This document shows positions 27,134 to 36,315 of a stretch of DNA of 64,000 bases, in pieces; positions within the stretch are counted from its first letter, which is position 1; each line of letters begins with the position of its first letter. Where the stretch lies: sequence record PQ356295.1; one strand, given 5' to 3'. The notes beneath the pieces were generated by a model. That model saw only the letters and a program-made list of their open reading frames with translations, was not told the origin of the DNA and did not search any database. A program made the position numbers and the translations under genes. The stretch is from Escherichia phage KKE7M.

Positions 27134-29293
27134 CTATATATAAAATTTTTGTGTTGTTACTAAATCTTCTCCAGATTTAGTGGCTAATGTAATTCCACTT
27201 ATGGTGGCAATCTCAACATTTACCTGTTTAAGAGTGATATCTTGCAAGTAGCAATTCAAAGGCACATTACCCATATAAAACACTTGGGATTTTGAATTAA
27301 GAACAGTTATTGAATCATGCATTATTTGTGGGTAAGCCCATATGTATTGATATAAACCAACAAACTTCTGGTCATTCAATACGATATTGCCTATAATCAT
27401 TTTCCACAAATATGTTCTATAGTTTGATTCAGGATCAAAGCCATATAATGGTGCTAGAGTTGCATCTGGAACAAACCCTGCAAGATAATGTATCTTATCG
27501 TAACTAAAACCTAGTTGCTCATTAGGTATTGTGATAGCGTCGAAAGATCTTTCCATCTTACCTTCCAACAACCAATCATAACATTCTGAACAATAAAAGT
27601 CGAAGTTCTCTGGGATATAATAATCTTTAGGGAAGTTAACAAACTCCATCATACCATTACCTAAGATGGATGGTACAAATGGTAACAATGTAACTTTCGC
27701 TCCAGGGTATGCTAATCTGGTATCTGTTGCAAATTTAGCAACACGCAGTCCTAATGTTTTAGATAGGAATGCATAATATTCATCATATGGTGTACCAGTT
27801 TTATAATTTTTAACTGTACCAACATCTTGTGCATACAATCCAGTTTCATTATTAAATGCAACTTTGGTTGTATAATCATAAATACACGGTAGATTGGTAG
27901 CTGTATTATACCACCACCACGGTTCACCAACCTGAATAATAACCGGAAGATCATTAGCAGCGGATATAGAAGCTATCTTATTTATTACACCTTGTAAATA
28001 ATTCATCCCTTCATCAATTGAAGGAGATAAAACATAACTTGGTGGCTCATAACCTGTAGCAGCCAGATCATCATTCCAAGTATGTTGTACCCATTCTACA
28101 GGACACACTGTACTCATAAGTTCAAAACTTAAGGAGTTCATTACTGTGTAGCCCATAGCTTTTGCATTAGCGTGGAAGTTATCAAACCAGGCTTCTGTTG
28201 CTGGGTTTAAATATTCTGTTCTATTCAAAGCCCATTTATTAGATCCAGCATCCCAACTAAATTGATAATAGTGTGACATACCATTATAGTGGTTAATCAT
28301 ATCCCTATAACCTAATCTGTAGGTGTTAGAAATAACTCGCTCTGGGGTAAGGTTATACATATCATCATAAGATGTACACATTCTTATAGTGTGTGCTGGA
28401 ACATTTAAATTACCCATATTCATCATACTATAACCCGTATCAGGTTCCAGTATGGTAAACTTAAAGGAAAGATCCTCATTGTCTACAGGAATAATATCTT
28501 CAATTTCTTGATACCTTGTGGAGATCAAGGAGAAGAACATATTATCTATCTGTGTAGTGTCAACAACAATATCATTTTCTGGCCCAGATTTTAAATTTGA
28601 GAAATCTAATTTTATTGTTGCTGTTTTACCATCCTCTGAAACTTCTTCTGCATAAAAGTTTAGAGATACATAATGAACTGTTTCATCCTTCAGTGTCACT
28701 GTTAAGGATGGCAATAATTTTTCTTCTTTTAATCCAGGAACACCTTGACTAAGTTCCATTTTAAACCAAAGTTTCTCTTTACTTAAGTCAGAATGTTCTT
28801 GGTAGCCTAATCCTTTGTGATCATATTTATCGTAAGTTGACCAAATAATCCCAGCAAGACCAGCCACTGTCCTATTAACCATTCTTGCTGTGAAAGAATC
28901 ACCATTAGAGATAATAGAACAACTTTCTGTTGCTTGAGAATCTATTGTCCAAAACTTAGGATCAAACATTCTAGACTTCACAACAGGCCAAGTTAGCGGG
29001 GTCGTATTCGATTGATTAGTCGTAATAACACAACGAATTTCTTCATTGATCATCATGTTATTTTGACTTATGCTAGTAATCTCAAGAGTAAAATAAAGAT
29101 CTAAAGAGTTTGCCGGACGTTCATATACATCAACCACTACAGTAGCAGAATCTGCATCAGAAGGGAACGTTACTGTTCCCTGTTTAGCTACATAATCTCT
29201 ACCAGCGACCGCCGTTCCATCGACGGTCTTATAGCTGAATGAACTGGCATTTACTCTCGTATTTCGAGTTACAGTAAAAATAGCCTGTTTCAT
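27134..29293 (-). CDS. Large tail/baseplate structural protein (719 aa)
   Basis: ORF colinear in tail module. Confidence 0.5.
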   Translation of the reverse strand: MKQAIFTVTRNTRVNASSFSYKTVDGTAVAGRDYVAKQGTVTFPSDADSATVVVDVYERPANSLDLYFTLEITSISQNNMMINEEIRCVITTNQSNTTPLTWPVVKSRMFDPKFWTIDSQATESCSIISNGDSFTARMVNRTVAGLAGIIWSTYDKYDHKGLGYQEHSDLSKEKLWFKMELSQGVPGLKEEKLLPSLTVTLKDETVHYVSLNFYAEEVSEDGKTATIKLDFSNLKSGPENDIVVDTTQIDNMFFSLISTRYQEIEDIIPVDNEDLSFKFTILEPDTGYSMMNMGNLNVPAHTIRMCTSYDDMYNLTPERVISNTYRLGYRDMINHYNGMSHYYQFSWDAGSNKWALNRTEYLNPATEAWFDNFHANAKAMGYTVMNSLSFELMSTVCPVEWVQHTWNDDLAATGYEPPSYVLSPSIDEGMNYLQGVINKIASISAANDLPVIIQVGEPWWWYNTATNLPCIYDYTTKVAFNNETGLYAQDVGTVKNYKTGTPYDEYYAFLSKTLGLRVAKFATDTRLAYPGAKVTLLPFVPSILGNGMMEFVNFPKDYYIPENFDFYCSECYDWLLEGKMERSFDAITIPNEQLGFSYDKIHYLAGFVPDATLAPLYGFDPESNYRTYLWKMIIGNIVLNDQKFVGLYQYIWAYPQIMHDSITVLNSKSQVFYMGNVPLNCYLQDITLKQVNVEIATISGITLATKSGEDLVTTQKFYI

Positions 29294-29301
29294 TATTTTC
29301 C

Positions 29302-32178
29302 TTATTTGGTTACATCAACACTAATATCATTCATAGTTAGAACAGTTAGTGTTGGTATGTTACTATTATCCAAAATTGGTAAAGCGTTTTGAGGGTTTAG
29401 TTTACGATACAAGGCATATAAACCAAAACCACGTAATAGTTCTCCAGCATGGAAACCAAAGAACATTCCGTTATCTGAATCTGGGCGTGGTGCAACACTC
29501 CAGGAACCATTCATCGGATGGTTAGGGGAAAGCACAATATAGTTTTGCTGAATCAGATCAAAACATCTGTCTGCTACAATACCAATGTTTGGAATTTGTG
29601 AATCATAACCTGCCAAGCCCATGATTGAACAACCCGCCATAAACAGTGCAGACATATGACTAGTAAAGTCATCTATAGGTGCAAGAACTGTACCATCTGG
29701 GTTAAAGATAGTTGGTGTTCTTCCATCATTATTGTCTTGGAACCATTTAAGGTAGTTGATCCAATTTTTACAAACAGTTACTAGTTTTTCAGGAGGTGTT
29801 TCTCCTCTTTGTACAAGTTCGTATACAGCATGACAAGCACAGTAGAATGCACGAGCTTCATAACCATCCCACGCTTTTTCATTCCAGTGTTTCATTGTGA
29901 ACGTATTTGGTTCACCGTATTTTCTTGCATCCCAACGATCCCACACATACGCTTGTGCCATAGGCCCAGGCATCACAGGATCGAATGTGTTATAAAACCA
30001 CATTTGAGAATCATACAAGAAATTTATACTGTTATTTAAACGCGTCCAATCAATATCTCTACCTGCAAAACAGTATAAGGAAGGGTATTGGTATCCTGGG
30101 TATGGAATACCACGCCATCCATCATATAATGCAGTATTTGGGTCACTGATATTAGAGAATGGAATTATTCCTGGCGTGTAATTAAGACTATTTAATTTAT
30201 AGTCAATAATAGTACAATCACCTAACTTAGCAGTATGAGGACTTGAAGCCTGTACAGTAATACGGAAGTACATGGTATAATCATCACCAGAAGATGACGA
30301 ATATCTTTCAGGTACATCGTTAATACAATAGAAATCTATTGTTCCTGTTAAACCATTTACAGGAGCCGTATCAAGAACTAAATTTACCTGATCTACCGCA
30401 GTAAGATTTATTGCTGAAGGTTTAGGATCTGTATCTGGATGGTTAGGCTGGTAAGCACTTAACTTAAAATCAGAAGCTGATAAAGTCTTCGTACTCCATG
30501 CTCCTTGTGTTTTAGGCAGCATAGCCCACCATCTCCAACCTTGAGCATCCGTGATAGTCATGTTAAAATCATCTTCATATGTTCTATATGTAATAGACTT
30601 AACATTAGCTTTTGATGTAGGAGTTAACCAAAAACCAACAGTGATACCACCATCCGTATCCATTGATGCAGTAACAATCTGGTCATTATTAGTTCCAGCA
30701 ATACCTGTTACATACTTAAATTGTACCACAGTATTGTCACCCCAGTCAACAATAATTCGCGGATCTGCGATAATATATGTTCCACCACTAGGAGGGGTAC
30801 TTCTCATAAAGCTGGATAGTGGAATATCCATGCTTGTCATATTAGCTGTACCTAGTGGTAAGCCACAGCGGTAAGTTACTGTGTTATTTTCATCTTTGGT
30901 CTTACTTAATTCCAACTCTGGACGGAAAAGAATACCATGTCCTGCGTCATCTACACCTTGAAACTGGACTCGTAACTTAGAGTTCTGATCAACTTTAAAC
31001 CAAATGGCTTGCTGTTCTAATGTTGTTTGAGCAGCAACATCTTGTCTAATAACAATATAGCCTAAAGTATCTCTTGAATATTTAGGTATTGCTGTAGATG
31101 GATACGAATAATCGTAAGAGATGCCATCTGTAAACGGGATAGTTGCATATGTAGACTTACGGAAGAATTTATCAAACATATCAATGTTTGAGTAATCTTG
31201 ACACACTAACAGTGAAGACTGCCAGCATAGCCAATATTTTCTTTCTCCTGTAATTTGGTACATCAGGTAATTAGCATCACACCACCAAGTTTCAGCATCT
31301 GACGCATTATCCTGAAAGCCCATTTCTACCGGAACGTTAACTGGTCTGTTATGCCACATAGTGTTACGCTCCATTAAATAACCACCGTGTTCAACAGGGT
31401 TACAAGTCGCGTAGTTAAATTTATATGTACCGTTTACAGAAGTATTTTTTAGTTGAACTGTTCCGTATTGAGATGTTGGAAAACCTTCTTCTAAGATATT
31501 TCCATCCCAATCAACTTTACGTCCTAGACGATCAATGATCCAATCAACATCCCATTGATCTCCATTCTTAGACCAATCTGTTGTACCATCTGCATTAACA
31601 GCATATACTGTAGCGTTTACAGAGTTCCATCCTAGATTACCATTAAAAGCAAACCATGCTTTATCAAGGTATTCTCCCCAATGTGGAGCACCATGAGGAA
31701 TAACTGTTCTACCGTTAGTCCACGTCATTAAGCTACCCTTAAAACCTCCGTGTGTAGGGTAGCCATCATCTGTAAGAGGATAGTGTGCAAGACGTGGTTC
31801 TTTACCGTTAATAATCCAGTTAGGGCGATATTTTGCTGGCGGATCTGGGATAGGTTGACCACCAAAGAAGTAATCTATATAGGCTTGCCAATATTTTTTA
31901 GCAGAGTCTAAATACTTTGTATCGCCGGAAGCCAGGTATGCATAAGCGCAACCAAGAATAAGCACGGATTGACCTTCTGTTGTAGCATCCCCGTTTGGTT
32001 GCCCTTCTTGAGCAGTCCAGTTTATAAAGTGTCTGTTATTAGCTAGAACGTTTTGTGGGTTTAATACATAGTGTTGCACTGTAGGATCTACAGTTAAACC
32101 TGTATTACGATCTAAGAACTGAATATGTCCATCGATCAGTTGAAAAACATTGTCAATTCTGTGCTTAATTCTTGACAT
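29302..32178 (-). CDS. Large tail/baseplate structural protein (958 aa)
   Basis: ORF colinear in tail module. Confidence 0.5.
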   Translation of the reverse strand: MSRIKHRIDNVFQLIDGHIQFLDRNTGLTVDPTVQHYVLNPQNVLANNRHFINWTAQEGQPNGDATTEGQSVLILGCAYAYLASGDTKYLDSAKKYWQAYIDYFFGGQPIPDPPAKYRPNWIINGKEPRLAHYPLTDDGYPTHGGFKGSLMTWTNGRTVIPHGAPHWGEYLDKAWFAFNGNLGWNSVNATVYAVNADGTTDWSKNGDQWDVDWIIDRLGRKVDWDGNILEEGFPTSQYGTVQLKNTSVNGTYKFNYATCNPVEHGGYLMERNTMWHNRPVNVPVEMGFQDNASDAETWWCDANYLMYQITGERKYWLCWQSSLLVCQDYSNIDMFDKFFRKSTYATIPFTDGISYDYSYPSTAIPKYSRDTLGYIVIRQDVAAQTTLEQQAIWFKVDQNSKLRVQFQGVDDAGHGILFRPELELSKTKDENNTVTYRCGLPLGTANMTSMDIPLSSFMRSTPPSGGTYIIADPRIIVDWGDNTVVQFKYVTGIAGTNNDQIVTASMDTDGGITVGFWLTPTSKANVKSITYRTYEDDFNMTITDAQGWRWWAMLPKTQGAWSTKTLSASDFKLSAYQPNHPDTDPKPSAINLTAVDQVNLVLDTAPVNGLTGTIDFYCINDVPERYSSSSGDDYTMYFRITVQASSPHTAKLGDCTIIDYKLNSLNYTPGIIPFSNISDPNTALYDGWRGIPYPGYQYPSLYCFAGRDIDWTRLNNSINFLYDSQMWFYNTFDPVMPGPMAQAYVWDRWDARKYGEPNTFTMKHWNEKAWDGYEARAFYCACHAVYELVQRGETPPEKLVTVCKNWINYLKWFQDNNDGRTPTIFNPDGTVLAPIDDFTSHMSALFMAGCSIMGLAGYDSQIPNIGIVADRCFDLIQQNYIVLSPNHPMNGSWSVAPRPDSDNGMFFGFHAGELLRGFGLYALYRKLNPQNALPILDNSNIPTLTVLTMNDISVDVTK

Positions 32179-32651
32179 TAAATCACTCCTGCCATCACTA
32201 AACTACCTATCCAGGTAGCTCCATTATCATAACTAACAAATTCAAAAATATCTGTAGCTCCCTGTTTATAACTCAAAACAGGAGCGCGACCAAAACTCCA
32301 TTTAACAGATTGAGGCCACGTTACTTTATTTGCTCCACTTCCTTGACGTAGGGATAGAGTAAAGTTTTGAACAATGTTAGTTGTAACTGGAACATTACTA
32401 AATGAAATACTGCAAGTTGGACTAGATAAAGTGGCAGAGAAATACTCTGCCGTGCTAATATCTAAAGCTAGGGTATTTGTAACAGTACCCCTTGCAGAAA
32501 GACGATTTCGTGTAACACCAGCACCAGCAAGAAGAACACGTAATGATGTTTTCTTAGTGATGCCTGATTGATCTGTTACAAAATAATCTGTGTCTGAAAC
32601 AGATGTTGTTACAGGTAGATCAGACACCTTGATTGTAGTTAAATCAGCCAT
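32178..32651 (-). CDS. Tail structural protein (157 aa)
   Basis: N-terminal motif IKVSDLPVTTSVSDTDYFVTDQ resembles the N-termini of the fiber proteins. Confidence 0.45.
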   Translation of the reverse strand: MADLTTIKVSDLPVTTSVSDTDYFVTDQSGITKKTSLRVLLAGAGVTRNRLSARGTVTNTLALDISTAEYFSATLSSPTCSISFSNVPVTTNIVQNFTLSLRQGSGANKVTWPQSVKWSFGRAPVLSYKQGATDIFEFVSYDNGATWIGSLVMAGVI

Positions 32652-33279
32652 TATTATTTGTAGCTCCCATTGTTGCTGTTATAGCATAGTTGTAATTGGT
32701 TGCAAGACCTTTATTGGCTTCGTTAACAAGGTATTTTTCAAGCAATGCCTCGTTAGACCACTCATTCCACCAAGTAGAATAAGTATCTTTAGGAAGACCA
32801 ACAATGTTAATAAAGCGATAGAGTCTATTTGCAGATTCAACAATTTCAAATGCTTCACAAGTGATTGCTGCATTATCATCACCAGCTTCTGGATAGATAT
32901 ATTCTTCAGACGGCTGTGTACTGAACAGCGCACTAACAACTTGTTCACCAACTGTAACAGTAACGTTCATTGAGTAATACCTATCATCTCTATCATAAGA
33001 GGATGTATAGGAATTAATATTATCTATATAAACATTACTTGCGATAGTTGATAAGAAAATGCGATCAACAATCTCTTTCTTCTTGGCAACACCAATAATC
33101 TCTTGCAGATATGGAACCCCAAAATTAGAATTGAGGAACCATTCTCCACGGAAAGTTCTAAGCGTTATTCCAAGCGTCTGTGCTGCAATTTCACTTTTAG
33201 TTGTGGTTAGTGTTAAATCACCATCCACCATTACTAAATCGTTAGAACCATCAAGTTTTAAATCAAATGGTATTCCCAT
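32644..33279 (-). CDS. Baseplate-associated protein (211 aa)
   Basis: ORF colinear in tail module. Confidence 0.45.
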   Translation of the reverse strand: MGIPFDLKLDGSNDLVMVDGDLTLTTTKSEIAAQTLGITLRTFRGEWFLNSNFGVPYLQEIIGVAKKKEIVDRIFLSTIASNVYIDNINSYTSSYDRDDRYYSMNVTVTVGEQVVSALFSTQPSEEYIYPEAGDDNAAITCEAFEIVESANRLYRFINIVGLPKDTYSTWWNEWSNEALLEKYLVNEANKGLATNYNYAITATMGATNNNG

Positions 33280-33282
33280 CTG

Positions 33283-34020
33283 TTAACCTCCATTTGGTTT
33301 GTCGGAAGTAACAGTGCTACCACCAGTTTCAACACCGCGTACAGGGTGTGTATGTGTGTGTAAACCAATGCCACCACTATCTTTCATACGACCGTCAGGT
33401 GTGATTGTTAAACCGTTTAAATTTACAGTACCACCTTTATATGTCATAGTCCCACCTTGCAGTGTAAGTTTTCCTCCTCCTGCATCAGTAAGAACGATAC
33501 TGTTTGGTGTCATATCTATTTTCATACCTTGTGTGTTGTACACAGATATATTACCGTTAGGATCAAACGAAGCGTAAGTTTGCTTATTATTTGAGATAAC
33601 AACTTTTTCAGAATCTACTTCTTCTGAAGAATCTGTAGCTGTTGCTATCTTAGGAATAAAACAGGCTGGATACAAACCACAAGGTTGAATTAATGTTCCG
33701 CTGCTGGCTGTATCTCCGTCTGTCTGGAAAGCATTCGACGGATCTCTTTCTGAAAAGACAACAACACCAATATCTCCTGCTTTAATTGGAAATGAAATTC
33801 TACCTGTACCACCACCATTTACCATAAAAGGAACATCGTGGAATGTTGGGTAATCTATTTCATCTTCAGTAGATCTGGTATTTTTTACGATAGATTCTAA
33901 AGTTACTGTCTTAGACCCATAATCTACACCAATTACCCTTACAGGTAAAGATGTATGTACTTCCGCAACTTGTTCGTTGATTAATCCACGGATTGCTGTT
34001 ACAAAATTTAAAGCATCCAT
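33283..34020 (-). CDS. Baseplate/tail protein (245 aa)
   Basis: ORF colinear in tail module. Confidence 0.45.
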   Translation of the reverse strand: MDALNFVTAIRGLINEQVAEVHTSLPVRVIGVDYGSKTVTLESIVKNTRSTEDEIDYPTFHDVPFMVNGGGTGRISFPIKAGDIGVVVFSERDPSNAFQTDGDTASSGTLIQPCGLYPACFIPKIATATDSSEEVDSEKVVISNNKQTYASFDPNGNISVYNTQGMKIDMTPNSIVLTDAGGGKLTLQGGTMTYKGGTVNLNGLTITPDGRMKDSGGIGLHTHTHPVRGVETGGSTVTSDKPNGG

Positions 34021-34022
34021 TT

Positions 34023-35033
34023 CTAGCCCTTCTTAATAATTGCAGATACAGATACAGACTCTACTTCAGTTGTCCAGTCTTTACCTTCCCTATCTCCTGT
34101 ATGAACAACAGACACCACCTTAAAACCACCATCATAGTTATGGCTCTTGAGCCAAACAGTTTTTTCTGGTAAGATAGCACCGTTCATTTCACATCTGAAC
34201 TTAACACCATCTGTAGGCTTTTTAGCTTTCTTAGAAGATTTGGTTACTTTTTGTGTCGGTTTAATATCATTGTGGAAAGGTTCTGGACTACCAATTAAAC
34301 CTGTTTCTGCACTAATATATGCACATCTTGCACTAGACATTTGTGATCTTGGTGTTACGTAAACAGATCCGTCTTGTATTGACACATTATGATCAATACC
34401 TTTACAGATACTTTCTAAGTAATGTGATGTGTTACCACACATAGCTGTTGCAGATGATAAAGTTTTCTCTGTGTCTACGTGAATATTACCTTCTGTAGTA
34501 CCTAAATCTTTAACTAAATCTTTAACAACCTTACTTACTTTTGTACCTTTCGGATAACTTCTGCTTGTCCTTGCTTCGGAGATGTTAATACCACCATCCA
34601 GACAATGTAACACTGTACGTCTGTCTGTATTGTTAAAGGTATCACTCACCCATTGCACCGTTCCCTTAAAGATCATAATTAACTCTTGACCTTCATAACC
34701 TACTGCCAAAGCAACAGCCAAGTTGTTACGAATACCCTTGTTAATATAATTAACAGTATCATCGCTTAGGTTATAAATAGTTATCTCAGCTTGATTAGGA
34801 TCTTTATTATTATCTTTTCTTATTGTGAAAGATATTTGGTGCTCCGTAATAACATACAAATTAGGGGTTGACTTTTTAGCATCCCCTAGTTTAGTATCTA
34901 AGTCTACTGTAGATTTGAAAGAGGAATTTTTTGTCCTTTTTTCTTTAGTATTAGTAGCTGTACCTATTAACAGTTTGTATGCTCTGTTTAGATTGGGTGC
35001 AGGAGCTTTTGTGTACTTTCTTTCTTCTGCCAT
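34023..35033 (-). CDS. Baseplate/tail protein (336 aa)
   Basis: ORF colinear in tail module. Confidence 0.45.
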   Translation of the reverse strand: MAEERKYTKAPAPNLNRAYKLLIGTATNTKEKRTKNSSFKSTVDLDTKLGDAKKSTPNLYVITEHQISFTIRKDNNKDPNQAEITIYNLSDDTVNYINKGIRNNLAVALAVGYEGQELIMIFKGTVQWVSDTFNNTDRRTVLHCLDGGINISEARTSRSYPKGTKVSKVVKDLVKDLGTTEGNIHVDTEKTLSSATAMCGNTSHYLESICKGIDHNVSIQDGSVYVTPRSQMSSARCAYISAETGLIGSPEPFHNDIKPTQKVTKSSKKAKKPTDGVKFRCEMNGAILPEKTVWLKSHNYDGGFKVVSVVHTGDREGKDWTTEVESVSVSAIIKKG

Positions 35034-35049
35034 TTAAAAACTCCTTTTA

Positions 35050-35469
35050 TCATGCTTGATATGGAAGAGCGTCGATATAAACCAAAGCAAATCTTTTATC
35101 TACACCTGTGTCATAGTAATTAGGTCTACCATTTATTTTAACAGTATCTACCAAATAAAGTTGACCATCCGGCACAGATTCTATATACTTATATGGTTCT
35201 AGAAGATCTAAACCATTGGTTACTTTAAAAGTTACACTAGGATTGTCTCCTGATAAGCCTAATTGCATTTGCCACGCTTGATCTCTTGTATTCCATCTCA
35301 AACGTATATCATAATCTACCCCATCGAGAGTTACTGTATATGTTTGATCTGGGTACTGTTCTGTAGGTAAGTACCAAGAAGAATAACCTAACTTTTGATC
35401 AATAAATACCGCGTTATATCCGCTATTTGAAGTGCTTCTACTTACTCTTGAATAAGATGAAATAGCCAA
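35050..35469 (-). CDS. Tail protein (139 aa)
   Basis: ORF colinear in tail module. Confidence 0.45.
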   Translation of the reverse strand: MAISSYSRVSRSTSNSGYNAVFIDQKLGYSSWYLPTEQYPDQTYTVTLDGVDYDIRLRWNTRDQAWQMQLGLSGDNPSVTFKVTNGLDLLEPYKYIESVPDGQLYLVDTVKINGRPNYYDTGVDKRFALVYIDALPYQA

Positions 35470-35483
35470 AATATTACTCCTTA

Positions 35484-36200
35484 TTACTTACCGTCTGGAC
35501 TGTCATTACTCAAATGTTCAGTGCCTGTTGCTTGTCCTGCTCGTTTGTTCAAATCAGCATCTGGTTTGCTACCTGTTGCGTTTGTTTTGTTCTTAACACC
35601 TGTGTTTTTATTTGGTTGAGTCTTAAGTGCAATAGCGTTGGTTTCTCCGTAAGAAACTAATCTTACCTGTTCAAATTCCAAGTCAAATTGCATTGCATAC
35701 TCTGTTTGATATTCATATGATATGCCTTTCAAAATAACATTCTCATAGACCTTATGTTCTGTTATTAAAATGATAGGCTGTCTTTCATCAAATATTTTAT
35801 CTAAGTAAGTAATTGCTTGACTGATACGAGTACCGTTAACTCCAGCACTATATAGCATATCTCGCATTAATCTTACAGGTGTCTCTGTAATCATCCCTGA
35901 TAAAGAGAAAGTATTATTTTTAACTTGAACGTGATCGGACACATTAGCACCATTTTCTACAGGATAGCTAGTAACATCTGCTTGGCGTTTTACACCGATA
36001 TTTGGCACAGCATCAAAAACTATAGCTTGATAGTTTTGAATATATTGATCACTTGCACTATTGTAAACACTTGCTAAAATACAAAAACCATTCTCCCCTT
36101 TCACAGTAGAGGCAGAGTTATTTGTGTTTTTTGTAGAGTTTATATCTTGTTCCGCTTTATAAACCGCTTGAACGTGTTGTTCTGGAGTGTTTGCTGCCAT
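35484..36200 (-). CDS. Tail protein (238 aa), first gene after promoter P5
   Basis: ATG preceded by AAGAGGT; promoter and operator-like dyad immediately upstream. Confidence 0.5.
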   Translation of the reverse strand: MAANTPEQHVQAVYKAEQDINSTKNTNNSASTVKGENGFCILASVYNSASDQYIQNYQAIVFDAVPNIGVKRQADVTSYPVENGANVSDHVQVKNNTFSLSGMITETPVRLMRDMLYSAGVNGTRISQAITYLDKIFDERQPIILITEHKVYENVILKGISYEYQTEYAMQFDLEFEQVRLVSYGETNAIALKTQPNKNTGVKNKTNATGSKPDADLNKRAGQATGTEHLSNDSPDGK

Positions 36201-36218
36201 ATAATTTTACCTCTTAAT

Positions 36219-36245
36219 GTGATAAGAAACATTCTCCCTTATCAC
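36219..36245 (-). promoter_or_regulatory. Operator-like dyad GTGATAAG-N11-CTTATCAC between the -10 and the RBS
   Basis: Perfect 8-bp inverted repeat read directly; overlaps the predicted transcription start of promoter P5. Confidence 0.4.
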
Positions 36246-36247
36246 TC

Positions 36248-36277
36248 ATTTTATCACGAAAAACAACTCTTTGTCAA
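36248..36277 (-). promoter_or_regulatory. Sigma70-like promoter P5: TTGACA -N18- TAAAAT with TGn
   Basis: Perfect -35, extended -10 TGaTAAAAT on minus strand, directly downstream of a strong terminator. Confidence 0.55.
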
Positions 36278-36309
36278 GACAAATAAAAAGCCCCGCCGAA
36301 GCGAGGCTT
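36278..36309 (-). terminator. Intrinsic terminator: 8-bp GC stem with UUCG loop followed by CUUUUUAUUUG
   Basis: Minus-strand AGCCUCGC-UUCG-GCGGGGCU then U-tract, right after the tape measure stop codon. Confidence 0.7.
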
Positions 36310-36315
36310 TATCCA

